Assembly: GCA_965215015.1 (NCBI GenBank)
Contig: OZ244042.1
Coordinates: 1,408,001 to 1,472,000, forward strand
Length of the DNA stretch: 64,000 nt
Direction: 5' to 3'
DNA from: Candidatus Poribacteria bacterium
Lineage (GTDB): Bacteria; Poribacteria; WGA-4E; PCPOR2b
Shown: piece by piece, positions 38,332-48,270 of the stretch
Position numbering within the stretch: the stretch's first letter is position 1
Layout: each line of letters begins with the position of its first letter
Notes under the pieces: model-generated
The model's input: the letters and a program-made list of their open reading frames with translations, nothing else
Databases searched by the model: none
Told to the model about the DNA's origin: nothing
Made by a program: the position numbers and the translations under genes

Positions 38332-39099
38332 TCAGTCCAGCAGTCTCCAGAGTTGCTTTCGTTCGTCGCTCCAATCTTCCCATTCGTCAGGGAAAATGTA
38401 CTTCAAGGCCGCTACATCGCGCTTTTTGCCTCCGACGGGAAAGTAGTTCCAACCCATTGCCCGGCGAGGGCCGGCAGCCGTCTTGATGCCCGTCGCGTGC
38501 CAGCAGCTAGGTGTCCAAACTAACGTCCAGCGTGGATCGAGGAGGACCTCAACCTCAGTAGGGTGCTTCGCATAAAGTTCCTGCGGCGCAAAATCGTGCT
38601 GCCCTGTAGCGATTTCTAACTGTAATAGCTCTTCCCAGATTTCTTCCCTGGCTCGTAGATGGCTGCCCGGCAAGATACGCAATGGCGCATTCGTTGGGTC
38701 GTGTCGGTCTAGTCCCGTCCGGAACGAAACCTGTTTGACATCGGGACCGCCATCGGCGTGCCAATAAACTTGCCTGTGTGGACCTTGACTCTCGGAGATA
38801 GCCTTCAACGCATCTCCCAATCCACATGCCCCTACATGCACTTGCTCACAGTCTAGCAAGCGTTTAGCAATTTCGATGAGTTGTGGTTGTTCCACTATCT
38901 GGAGGATTGGCTCTCCTATCATAAGAAATTGACAAGCAAGCTTGTTGAGCCCATTGGGCCAATCTGTGCTCTCCCATTTCTCCTCGTTTCCTACAGCGAT
39001 CTGCTCAACTTCGCGCATCCGTTCTTTGCCAAAGGGATTAGGCATAAAGAAAAATCCGTGTGTTTGAAAATGATTCACCTGTGCCGTGGTAATTTCCAT
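38332..39099 (-). CDS. PhyH-family dioxygenase
   Basis: HFQTHGF, WHAD, LRILPGSH and WHA..RR; RBS GGGAGG. Confidence 0.82.
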   Translation of the reverse strand: MEITTAQVNHFQTHGFFFMPNPFGKERMREVEQIAVGNEEKWESTDWPNGLNKLACQFLMIGEPILQIVEQPQLIEIAKRLLDCEQVHVGACGLGDALKAISESQGPHRQVYWHADGGPDVKQVSFRTGLDRHDPTNAPLRILPGSHLRAREEIWEELLQLEIATGQHDFAPQELYAKHPTEVEVLLDPRWTLVWTPSCWHATGIKTAAGPRRAMGWNYFPVGGKKRDVAALKYIFPDEWEDWSDERKQLWRLLD

Positions 39100-39146
39100 G
39101 ATTGTTTGACCTCCCTTCGCAAATGGCAGTGTCTATTTTATTCTCC

Positions 39147-39797
39147 CTATTGCGAATAACAAATCCGAAGGCAATATAACCGAGCCTTCGATTCCACAAG
39201 TTCGGCATGGTAGTCTTTGGGCAGCGCGAGTACGTTATTGTGATGGATATTTGTAGATCGGTCAAACGAATATACCTCGCTGTAAATGCGTTGAGAGGTG
39301 TGCTCTTCCGCGGGGGCGAAACGGTAGAAGCAAATCGCTTCGCCAGAGATTGAATGAATAGGTGTTTCGCTGACTGTCAACGCATGTTCGCTACGGTTGA
39401 AATCGTCGCCCGGTTCGAGGATAATAGCTGCCGTTTCAAGAAAGGAGGGTGCTTTGCAGACAGCGACCTCGACAGACTCCTCGTGCGCGAGAACTTCGTA
39501 TGTTGTCCGATACGGAATAGATGCACGATACGCTTCGCCGCCAAAGACATTTGCGCGTTCACCGATGAGTCCGTGAGCCTTATTCCCGTTATGCCCAACA
39601 AGCAATTCGCATTGACCGCCGAGTACGACCAGCATAACTTCGTTATCACCGGTATCCTCAAAGAAAGATTCACCAACGTTAAGATTGAGGATGCCGAACT
39701 CAAGGCACATTATCCCCATCTCACCGCCTTCGATAATTCGGGTATATCCTTTATCCGGTTCGTATTTCTTGTATAGGTCCATCTCTGATCCGTTCAT
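39147..39797 (-). CDS. IolB (5-deoxy-glucuronate isomerase)-like protein, shortened and lacking the catalytic motif
   Basis: NEVMLVVLGG..GERANVF and QRIY..VLALPKDYH match IolB, but the usual SSYPPHKHD segment is absent. Confidence 0.65.
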   Translation of the reverse strand: MNGSEMDLYKKYEPDKGYTRIIEGGEMGIMCLEFGILNLNVGESFFEDTGDNEVMLVVLGGQCELLVGHNGNKAHGLIGERANVFGGEAYRASIPYRTTYEVLAHEESVEVAVCKAPSFLETAAIILEPGDDFNRSEHALTVSETPIHSISGEAICFYRFAPAEEHTSQRIYSEVYSFDRSTNIHHNNVLALPKDYHAELVESKARLYCLRICYSQ

Positions 39798-40006
39798 TTG
39801 CCCTGATAGTCGAGGCTTCGCGTTCTAACGCTTTACACTGAGAAGCTTGCGATGTTCATTGCACCCGATGCAATGAAGTGGACTTCATTAGTGGTTGCAT
39901 ATATTAACTGCATTATACCACCAAAGTCATTCGTGAACAATGAAAAATAGAACTAGCCTCTAGTTGCCCCACTTTTGATTCATGGGGAATCCATAAGAAT
40001 TGAGAA

Positions 40007-40035
40007 TTGACAACTCCTGTACGACTCGCTATAAT
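40007..40035 (+). promoter_or_regulatory. Perfect consensus sigma70 promoter of argJ
   Basis: TTGACA-17bp-TATAAT. Confidence 0.85.
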
Positions 40036-40104
40036 GGGGATACTCATTCGGGATATGATAGGAGCAAAAAAGGAAATCAAATCTTTACCCAATGGAGAAT
40101 GGTG

Positions 40105-41310
40105 ATGAAACAGATTGATGGCGGAATAACCGCAGTACCGGGGTTGAGGGCGACCGGTGTCCACGCAGGATTGAAGCAGGATAATGAAAAGGATGTCGCC
40201 TTGATGGTAGCGGATGTGCCCGCGGTTGCAGCAGGTGTCTTCACGCAAAATCGTGTTTGCGCCCCAGTTGTTTTGGTGTGCCGTGAGCATCTCGGTGACA
40301 ATACGGCTCAAGCGATTGTCGTCAACAGCAAGAACGCTAACGCATGTACGGGCGAGGTCGGCATGAAGAATGCCCGACAGATGGCTTCGCTAGTGGGGGA
40401 AGCACTTTGCATCGATCCAAGTCTCGTATTAGTGGCTTCGACAGGAGTCATCGGGCAGCAGTTGCCGATGGATAAAATTACTAACGGCATCCGTCTCGCC
40501 GCGGACGCTTTGGAACCAGATGGTGGACATGACGCTGCTCTTGCAATCATGACCACGGATACCGTTCCCAAAGAGGTCGCCGTTGAGGTTGAGATTAGAG
40601 GGCAAACCGTCAGGATTGGTGGCATGACGAAAGGCGCAGGGATGATTGCTCCGAATCTCGCCACGATGCTCGCTTTTCTAGCAACAGATGCGAATATCGC
40701 TAGTGAACCGCTACAGCAGGCGTTACGCGCTTCCGCTGCGAAGTCTTTCAATCGTATGACAATTGATACGGATAGTAGTACAAACGACACCGTGTTGATC
40801 ATGGCAACGGGCACCGCAAGGAACTCAGAAATTACCGAAACAACTGACGATGACTATGAGGCGTTCCGTGAAGGATTAGACTTTGTCTGCATCGAGTTAG
40901 CGAAGAAGATTGCACGAGATGGGGAGGGCGCAACGAAACTGGTTGAGGTAGCCGTGAAAGGGGCGAAGGACGAAGCAGAAGGGGAGATGGCAGCCCGCGC
41001 AATCGCGGAATCACCTCTCGTGAAGACCGCTGTCTTTGGAGCGGATGCAAATTGGGGACGTATCATGATGGCGGTTGGGAAATCGGGCGCGGAATTCGAT
41101 CCGTATCAGGTGAATGTTTGGCTAAGTGACTATCAACTAGTTAAGGATGGAATGGACGCAGGGTTTGATGAGGACAAAGCAACAGAACTCTTTTCCAAGG
41201 ACACCGTGACCATTTCCGTCGATCTGAATGCTGGTGATGCAGCTGTTACCATGTGGACGTGCGACTATTCTTACGATTATATTAAAATCAATGCGGATTA
41301 CCGGACATAA
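40105..41310 (+). CDS. argJ: Glutamate N-acetyltransferase / ornithine acetyltransferase
   Basis: NANACTG, STGVIG, IMTTDT, KGAGMIAPNLATML (autocleavage Thr), DGEGATK, DANWGRI and YIKINADYRT. Confidence 0.96.
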   Translation: MKQIDGGITAVPGLRATGVHAGLKQDNEKDVALMVADVPAVAAGVFTQNRVCAPVVLVCREHLGDNTAQAIVVNSKNANACTGEVGMKNARQMASLVGEALCIDPSLVLVASTGVIGQQLPMDKITNGIRLAADALEPDGGHDAALAIMTTDTVPKEVAVEVEIRGQTVRIGGMTKGAGMIAPNLATMLAFLATDANIASEPLQQALRASAAKSFNRMTIDTDSSTNDTVLIMATGTARNSEITETTDDDYEAFREGLDFVCIELAKKIARDGEGATKLVEVAVKGAKDEAEGEMAARAIAESPLVKTAVFGADANWGRIMMAVGKSGAEFDPYQVNVWLSDYQLVKDGMDAGFDEDKATELFSKDTVTISVDLNAGDAAVTMWTCDYSYDYIKINADYRT

Positions 41311-41472
41311 TATCAGCGACTCATGTTAAAAGAAAGTGCAAAACCTAAAGGGCGTGAAACGTGAAAACCATTGGTTCATTAGCTCATTGGTACAGTCGGG
41401 TGAGAAAACCCTGTCCCCGATAAATCGGGATGTTAGAATACCTATCTTGCTGAGAATTCAGACCAAGGAGAA

Positions 41473-42213
41473 ATGACGTATATGCTCACATCTGACGAAA
41501 AGCAATTTTACGACGAGAACGGTTATGTTCTGAAGCAAGGCCTTGTCTCCTTTGAGGAGATAGAAAAGGTTCGAGAAGAAATCCACGACATCCACAACCG
41601 GATGGCAAAACAATCAATTGATGAGGTCGAAGTGGCGTGGGAGGAATTTGATGACCCAAACACGCCGCCGCGGATAAAGCAACTGATGCAAAGTGAGCGG
41701 GTCAGTTCAACCCTGAATAAAATCTTACGTTCGGACGCGATGCTAGACATTATCGAGCAACTGATTGGGCCCAACATTTCATTGTTTCATAGCAAACTGC
41801 TCCCCAAAGATGCCAAAAACGGCACAGCGATTCCTTGGCATCAGGATTATGCCTACTGGCATCTGGACGATAACCGTCCTCTGATGGTAAACTGCCAACT
41901 GGCAATTGACGCAACAACACAGGAGAATGGGTGTATCCAGTTTGTCCCGGGCAGCCATAAATGGGGGTTACAGGAACATGAACGGGGACAAGAGAAATTT
42001 CGCCTGTTTTTGCCGGGACACTATCATGAACGTGATGATGCTGTCCCAGTAGAGATGGAGCCAGGGGCTAGCGTCTTTTTTAATGCACTAATTATTCATG
42101 GATCTGCTGCCAACACATCAACACACCCTCGACGAATGAATACCTTTGCTTATAATGTTACAGGTAATGGCGTAACCCAATGCCGCGAGGCACTTCGGGG
42201 CAAACCCCTCTGA
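41473..42213 (+). CDS. PhyH-family dioxygenase
   Basis: FYDENGY, WHQDY, ENGCIQFVPGSH and IHGS.AN.S..RR. Confidence 0.92.
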   Translation: MTYMLTSDEKQFYDENGYVLKQGLVSFEEIEKVREEIHDIHNRMAKQSIDEVEVAWEEFDDPNTPPRIKQLMQSERVSSTLNKILRSDAMLDIIEQLIGPNISLFHSKLLPKDAKNGTAIPWHQDYAYWHLDDNRPLMVNCQLAIDATTQENGCIQFVPGSHKWGLQEHERGQEKFRLFLPGHYHERDDAVPVEMEPGASVFFNALIIHGSAANTSTHPRRMNTFAYNVTGNGVTQCREALRGKPL

Positions 42214-42360
42214 AAAGCAACAAAAATTGAGGCTTTCGAGCCGTGAAAGGTTCAGGGCTTAGAGCCATGGTTAGTGGGGCACCCGCCACTACCAGCCGCA
42301 TGACACCAAGCACCGTCTGCATCCTTACCAAACTCACGTTAATATACGAGGGCTTTGAAA

Positions 42361-44265
42361 ATGCAATCCATCGCACGAGCATGGATGATTGGGTGTGTGC
42401 TCATCGTTATGAATTGTTATTGGCTCATACAAATGGAGAGCCTCCGGAGTGCTTTTGGCGCAACGTTTTTTTCTTTGTTCTTTAATGCGGTCTTTACAAT
42501 CTGGATGCTCTTTTTATTGAATCGGCTGCTGCGCCGATTTACGCCGAAACTCGCCTTTGACAACAAGGAGCTATTGACCATTTATATCATGGTCAACATG
42601 GTGTCGTCACTCTGCTCCTATACCGCCCAGCTGACAGTCATACCCCATGCCATCACCTATCCCTTCTGGGGAGCGACGCCAGAAAATGACTGGCGACAAC
42701 TGTTCCACAAAGACCTGCCTCAATGGCTTGTTATTAAAGAGCCGGCTGTTCTGATAGGATATTACCGTGGCGAAGCCAACTTGTATACAGAACGCCATTT
42801 GGCAGCATGGCTACCTCCACTGCTTTGGTGGTCATTTTTTACCATTGTCCTCGTCTTTGTCATGTTGTGCATTAATATCATCGTCCGGAGGCAGTGGATT
42901 GAACACGAGAAACTCGCTTATCCGATTGCTGAGATGCCGCTGAATCTAGTCCAGTCAGGCGGGTATAGCCGATTGATGTGGATTGGATTTGTGATTACCG
43001 CAGGGATTAATATTATAAATGGACTCCATTTTTTGTATCCGAGCATCCCGGGATTAACATTTGTCAAATTTAGACATATCGGCTACATCTTTACAGAGGA
43101 ACCGTGGAACGCGCTCAGGGCAATGCGAGTCTCGTTTATTCCCTCGATGATTGGATTAAGTTTCTTCATGCCGCTTGATGTCCTGTTTTCGTGTTGGTTC
43201 TTCTATCTTTATTGGCAGGGGCTGCGGGTTGTGGGTGCTTTCGCAGGTTGGCACACATATCCGGGCTATGGTCGGCATGCCTATATTGTGCAAGAATCGG
43301 TTGGGGCATATTGTGCCGTGTTGGCGATTGCGATTTGGAGAGCCACACGACACGTGGTTCTATCCCGGAAACAATCCGTTATCGGAAATAGAGAGAGGGG
43401 GCCGACTGAGGCCCCAATGTCGTGTGTAACGGCATGGTGTGGAATGATCTGTGGGATGATCATTCTTATGTTATTTTGCTATAAGGCCGGCATGACAATA
43501 GGTGTGGCAATAGGCTTTGTTCTTTTTTACTACTACCTCTCGACATGTATTACTCGACTTCGCGCCGAATTTGGCTTTCCACTCCACGACGTTCACTTCG
43601 GGGGTCCGATTCAGATGATTACCTCCGCGTTCGGGACAGCGAATTTGTCGCAACGGACGCTTGTTGCCATGCCGTTCTTCTGGCATATCAGTCGTATCTA
43701 CCTGAGCCATATCATGCCGCATCAATTGGAGGGGTTTAAAATTGCATCAAGAAGCGGGCTGAGTCCCAAAAGAGCATTCTGGTCAATGCTGTTGGCGTGC
43801 GCTTTTGGAATCGTAGTAATTTTCTGGCTCCTACTCCACCTCAGTTATCGCTACGGTCTTGAGAATACGCCTTATCCACCCTGGGGGCAGGAGGTATGGT
43901 TTTACTTACAAGATTGGTTACGCAATCCGACAGAAGTGGATTATCATCACATGGTTCTGATGGGGTTAGGGGTTGTGGGCGCGTCCTTTTTGGCGTTCAT
44001 GAGGGCGCGATTTGTCTGGTGGCCCTTCCATCCGATGGGCTATGCGCTGGGAGGAAGTTTTGGGATGAGCTTTTTGTGGACCTGTTTGCTAGTGGCTTGG
44101 GTGTTGAAATGGCTGATTCTACGATATGGGGGGATTATGCGATATAGGCAAATTACGCCCTTGTTCCTCGGATTGATACTGGGAGAATTTACAGTGGCTG
44201 CCAGCTGGACAATTCTTGGTATCTGTTTCAATTGGCCCGAACTATTTAATTTTTGGCATCCCTAA
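42361..44265 (+). CDS. Polytopic membrane protein, DUF6785/DUF6784-like (putative OPT-related transporter)
   Basis: About 16 hydrophobic segments; ELLTIY, RRQWIEHEKLAYPI, RLRAEFG, WWPFHPMGY and GLILGE motifs recalled for this family. Confidence 0.7.
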   Translation: MQSIARAWMIGCVLIVMNCYWLIQMESLRSAFGATFFSLFFNAVFTIWMLFLLNRLLRRFTPKLAFDNKELLTIYIMVNMVSSLCSYTAQLTVIPHAITYPFWGATPENDWRQLFHKDLPQWLVIKEPAVLIGYYRGEANLYTERHLAAWLPPLLWWSFFTIVLVFVMLCINIIVRRQWIEHEKLAYPIAEMPLNLVQSGGYSRLMWIGFVITAGINIINGLHFLYPSIPGLTFVKFRHIGYIFTEEPWNALRAMRVSFIPSMIGLSFFMPLDVLFSCWFFYLYWQGLRVVGAFAGWHTYPGYGRHAYIVQESVGAYCAVLAIAIWRATRHVVLSRKQSVIGNRERGPTEAPMSCVTAWCGMICGMIILMLFCYKAGMTIGVAIGFVLFYYYLSTCITRLRAEFGFPLHDVHFGGPIQMITSAFGTANLSQRTLVAMPFFWHISRIYLSHIMPHQLEGFKIASRSGLSPKRAFWSMLLACAFGIVVIFWLLLHLSYRYGLENTPYPPWGQEVWFYLQDWLRNPTEVDYHHMVLMGLGVVGASFLAFMRARFVWWPFHPMGYALGGSFGMSFLWTCLLVAWVLKWLILRYGGIMRYRQITPLFLGLILGEFTVAASWTILGICFNWPELFNFWHP

Positions 44266-44351
44266 GGGGCGCAATCTACTGCCACTTAAAAAGTAGGCCG
44301 ACAACATTCAATTTCTTCGTGTAGCTAGAGTTATACAGTGTGCAGTCCGAT

Positions 44352-45044
44352 TTACGTGACGCTGTTGCGAACATAGTTGGGCGTCAGTGAGAAGTAATCG
44401 CCCGATTGTCCATTGAGCAATCGGGCGTAGCCAATTCGCGCAATGCTCGCGCCACGCGGCACGTTAAAAATCGGATCGGCGAGGGGTACATCATTACCGA
44501 ATTGCTTCAGAATAACGGGGGCATATCGCTGCAAACCATTGCCAACAAAGATCGCTGCGTCGTTAATCTGGCTCAAAAGTGACTCAATCGGTACACAGAG
44601 ATCGTCGGACTTTCGCAGAAGATTTTGTCCCCCACGAAAGACTGCACCGTACACTTCATCTTTTCGCGCATCGAGGATTGGGCAGATTAATTTGTCCGTG
44701 TAGCGAAGGTTATACGCGACTGCCTCTAGCGTTGAGACACCGATGATCGGTTTCTTGAGGGCATAGCAGAGCGATTTAATCGTGCCCACCCCAATCCGGA
44801 TGCCTGTAAATGACCCCGGACCTATCCCAACAGCACACGCGTCGAGGTTGTGTACAGTCAAATCCGCCCACTTTAAGATCCGATCTATAGCGGGCATGAG
44901 TCTAGACGAATGAGCTTTCACGATACTAAGGGTATGTTCAGCAATGAAACGCTCTCCATCAATCAAACCGACGCTGCCGCTGGGAGTTGATGTATCAATG
45001 CCAAGAATTTTCATGCCCGGCGAGCGATTAAAATCCATCGTCAA
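44352..45044 (-). CDS. tsaB: tRNA threonylcarbamoyladenosine biosynthesis protein TsaB
   Basis: ILGIDTST, HS..LMPAI, GPGSFTGIRIG, DARKDEVY and P.YVR; start may be at 45014. Confidence 0.94.
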   Translation of the reverse strand: MTMDFNRSPGMKILGIDTSTPSGSVGLIDGERFIAEHTLSIVKAHSSRLMPAIDRILKWADLTVHNLDACAVGIGPGSFTGIRIGVGTIKSLCYALKKPIIGVSTLEAVAYNLRYTDKLICPILDARKDEVYGAVFRGGQNLLRKSDDLCVPIESLLSQINDAAIFVGNGLQRYAPVILKQFGNDVPLADPIFNVPRGASIARIGYARLLNGQSGDYFSLTPNYVRNSVT

Positions 45045-45173
45045 ACTCTATCAAAAACTCGGAACTGTATATGCCTCTAGGGCCTTTCTGAGGACTGGCT
45101 TGCCTTTTCGGTTTATTCATTTGTCGGTACAAGGATTTGGATAAAAAATGGCGTATCACTCGTCAATTCTGTT

Positions 45174-45785
45174 TTAGAATCTTAAATCGCTCTCAAGTTG
45201 CTTCCAAAGCTGTACAGTCAAACTCGCTAACGGAAGACCTACCACGTTGAAGTAGCATCCCTCTATTCGCTCGACGAAAGCCCCAGCTTTCCCTTGTATC
45301 CCGTAAGCTCCCGCCTTATCCGATGATTCGCCGCTGCCGACATACGCCAGGATCTCCGATTGACACAATTCCCTAAAATAGACAGCTGTTTTTTCAGTCC
45401 ATACCACTTCGTTTTTCCGTTTGACATTGATTAACGCAACACCGGTGATCACTTCATGCCGGTTTCCGCTAAGTCGTGTTAAGACTTCGATGGCGTGTGC
45501 ATCATTTTCCGGTTTACCGATTGGCTGGCCATCAATGACAACAACGGTATCTGCCCCGATAACAAGCCCGACACCGAGCTTCGCAGCGACCGTTCTCGCC
45601 TTTGTAAGGGCAAGCTCTTGGACAGCATTCACTGGGGATATGCGTGAGATCTGTGGCTCTTCCACTCCGCTGGGGTATATCTCAAATTCGATACCAATCT
45701 GCTTGAGTAAATTTGCACGGCGTGGCGATTTTGAGGCGAGGACAATATTGGGAAAGGCGTTGTACAATTGGGGGCTTTCAATCAT
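45174..45785 (-). CDS. maf: Maf-family nucleoside triphosphate pyrophosphatase (YhdE type)
   Basis: LASKSPRR, GADTVV, GKP, DKAGAYGIQG and NVVGLP. Confidence 0.94.
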   Translation of the reverse strand: MIESPQLYNAFPNIVLASKSPRRANLLKQIGIEFEIYPSGVEEPQISRISPVNAVQELALTKARTVAAKLGVGLVIGADTVVVIDGQPIGKPENDAHAIEVLTRLSGNRHEVITGVALINVKRKNEVVWTEKTAVYFRELCQSEILAYVGSGESSDKAGAYGIQGKAGAFVERIEGCYFNVVGLPLASLTVQLWKQLESDLRF

Positions 45786-46063
45786 TTAAGTTGAAACCAC
45801 CGGGTGTTGCGCTCAGTGCGTATCCGTAGCAATCCGGCCTCCATCAGTTCCGCGAATCCTTTCTCAATTTCCCACTTGGATAAACTAATCTGTTGTAGCC
45901 GTTTATCTAGCCGAGGTGCCCGGAACCAACCATCCTCCATTGGGGAGAGGTAGGTATCTCTAAAAACCTCTAGCGCACCATATAGACGAAGGGCTGTTGA
46001 TGAAAGCCCTACTAAAGGGTTAACTGCGCCATAGCAAGATGATAATGCTTGTGTCAGAGACAT
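45782..46063 (-). CDS. Small hypothetical protein, possibly winged helix
   Basis: RBS AGGAAAG; its stop overlaps the maf start (ATGA); C-terminal helix-LMEAGLL-beta-hairpin pattern. Confidence 0.55.
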   Translation of the reverse strand: MSLTQALSSCYGAVNPLVGLSSTALRLYGALEVFRDTYLSPMEDGWFRAPRLDKRLQQISLSKWEIEKGFAELMEAGLLRIRTERNTRWFQLK

Positions 46064-46393
46064 CGTTCTTTCCTAGCTTAAAACCGATGTTCGGTCAACT
46101 TTTGTAAGCCGCTAACGCCGGTTGACACTACGCGAATATACAAAAAACTCTCAACAGTATAATACGTTCAGCTAGAGAAAACCGTTTCAAAAATAGGTAT
46201 GTGGGACTTTACCCATTCCAAGATCTACCTTCAACTGCCGTAATCTCCTCCTGTGTTTAATCAATGGTTAAAAAAGAATCAACTGCAAAATCACCGGGCG
46301 ATAAATGTACAAATGGGGTTACAGACTTCTCCAACCTTCCAAGTATTGCAAATATCTATCGTTGAGGCAAAGCGGCCTCTATTTTGACAACAT

Positions 46394-47263
46394 CTAGCTA
46401 TTTTCGACGTGAACTGTGCCATCTCTGTCTACCGTCAGCGTGGTGGTATGGAGCGATGAGCTCGGGCCATGCATAACGGCCCGTTGTGCTTCTGTCATAC
46501 CTTCTACCAGTTCCTCTCCCCAATAGATTTCTGGGGGTGCGATTTCTCTTCCTGCCCGCACGGAGGTCCGGTCAGCATATTTGAAGAGCACCGATCGGCG
46601 GCGATGTTCAGCGCGCCAAGGGAGGGTGCCGTGTGCTTGGGCGCCATCCATGAAAAAAATTACGTCTCCTGCTTTCATTTCAGGTTGGAGGACCACGCCC
46701 ATATCAGCGTCACAGGTTCGCACACCGTGAGGCATGGGAAACCTAGACTTGTGGCTGCCGGGGACGCAGGAGAACCCACCATCTCCTGCATTGATGTCGG
46801 ATAGTTGCCAAGTAACAGTCACCCCGCCGCAGTGCATTTTGTTGTTCTGATGATGATAAGCGACATAGGGTCTGTGTGGTTCACCTTGTCCGTGCATGAC
46901 CAGACCTTCGGTGCCTTTCACACTGTCGGTCACCCAAGGACCGTGATCAAACCGGAAGCCCACCCCACACATCACATTGAGGTGCATGATGACCTGTGGA
47001 TGCACAAGCATCTTGCGGAAAGGCTCACAATACGGTTCTTCCAGTTCAAGTAGACCATGGAGGACGCGTGTTTCAGTGCCTCGCAAAGACTGAGAGTCTT
47101 GAGCACCCTCGTTGGGTTTACCAACATAAATTTGGTCTGCATAGTGGTCAATAGCCTCATTGGCTGCCGCAATTTCATCGGCGGTCAGCACATTTCTGAG
47201 AATAAGGTATCCAGTGAGGTCCCAAAAGTAACGTTCACGTTTGTCCATTTTGCATATCTCCAT
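46394..47263 (-). CDS. PhyH-like Fe/2OG oxygenase with non-canonical H-x-Q site
   Basis: FWDLTGYL, MHGQG, GGFSCVPGSHK, KAGDVIFF and AHGTLPW..RRS. Confidence 0.8.
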   Translation of the reverse strand: MEICKMDKRERYFWDLTGYLILRNVLTADEIAAANEAIDHYADQIYVGKPNEGAQDSQSLRGTETRVLHGLLELEEPYCEPFRKMLVHPQVIMHLNVMCGVGFRFDHGPWVTDSVKGTEGLVMHGQGEPHRPYVAYHHQNNKMHCGGVTVTWQLSDINAGDGGFSCVPGSHKSRFPMPHGVRTCDADMGVVLQPEMKAGDVIFFMDGAQAHGTLPWRAEHRRRSVLFKYADRTSVRAGREIAPPEIYWGEELVEGMTEAQRAVMHGPSSSLHTTTLTVDRDGTVHVENS

Positions 47264-47278
47264 TTCGTTGATCAGAGT

Positions 47279-48157
47279 TTACTCCGCAATCCAAGTTTTC
47301 TTTCCGTCAGATTTAAGGGTGGGGAGTTTGCCTCCTGTGTGAACGCCTGGACCGTAAAGTACGGCATGTTGTTCAGGCGAAAGGGTTTTCGTCCACTCAC
47401 CGAAGCGTGTTTCAGGTGTAAAGAATCGGCCCACCGAGCGGGCAACACCGCGGGACGCGTATTTGTAAAGGAGGGAACGCCGTTCACCCTTTCCCTTCCA
47501 AGGAAGCGTGCCGTGAGTAGCTGTTTCTGCAAAGAAGAGGACATCCCCCGCCTTCATCGCCGGTTGGACAGTCAATCCCATGTCGTGTTCTACAGTCCGG
47601 ACGCCTTCGGGCGTCGGTTCACAAGCCTTGTGGCTGCCGGGAACAATTGCGAATCCTCCATCACCTTCATTGACATCGGTGAGTTGCCATGCTACAGTGA
47701 CGCCTCGACAGTAGATAGCCCCGTTCTGCTGATGATACCAAACAGCCGGGCTGAAGGGTTCTCCTGATCCGTGCAACTGGTGCCCTTCCGTTCCAGCTGT
47801 TGCCCCAATCATCAACGGACCATGGTCAAGACGGAATCCCTTCCCACACATCCCGTTTAGGCGAGAGACAACCACCGGATGGACTAGGAGCTCACGAAAC
47901 GGTTCGCGGTAAGGCTTCTCCCAACCCAGCATCCCCGTCAGTTCCAACCGTCCTGTTTGCCCCTGAAGCGTTGATGACCCACGAGCCAGCCCGCCGTCGT
48001 CAACCGAACGTGCGCGGATTTTATTGGCATAATGATCGATAGCTGCATTACATTTGTGAACATCTTCTGACGTCAACGCACCACGAACGACAAGATAGCC
48101 CGTGAGGTCGAAAAAATACTTTTCTTCGTCGGACATGACATATTTACTGCTTTCCAT
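47279..48157 (-). CDS. PhyH-like Fe/2OG oxygenase with non-canonical H-x-S site
   Basis: FFDLTGYL, LHGSG, GGFAIVPGSHK and THGTLPW..RRS; paralogue of the adjacent gene; RBS AGGAG. Confidence 0.8.
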   Translation of the reverse strand: MESSKYVMSDEEKYFFDLTGYLVVRGALTSEDVHKCNAAIDHYANKIRARSVDDGGLARGSSTLQGQTGRLELTGMLGWEKPYREPFRELLVHPVVVSRLNGMCGKGFRLDHGPLMIGATAGTEGHQLHGSGEPFSPAVWYHQQNGAIYCRGVTVAWQLTDVNEGDGGFAIVPGSHKACEPTPEGVRTVEHDMGLTVQPAMKAGDVLFFAETATHGTLPWKGKGERRSLLYKYASRGVARSVGRFFTPETRFGEWTKTLSPEQHAVLYGPGVHTGGKLPTLKSDGKKTWIAE

Positions 48158-48270
48158 GGAATCTTCTCCTAAGTCTCTAAATATTAAGTGAAATCTCGAT
48201 TGGGAACTTCAAGCCAGGGTTAGATAAACTCCGAAACGCTGTATTGGTCAGTAAACGGAAGCTGAAGCAC

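Noticed and set aside
46190-46260. Minus-strand AGGAGG followed by a ~15-codon TTG ORF
   Set aside because: Too short, RBS spacing suboptimal, and no supporting evidence.
47057-47767. 236-aa plus-strand ORF
   Set aside because: Antisense shadow across two PhyH genes; no recognisable motifs.
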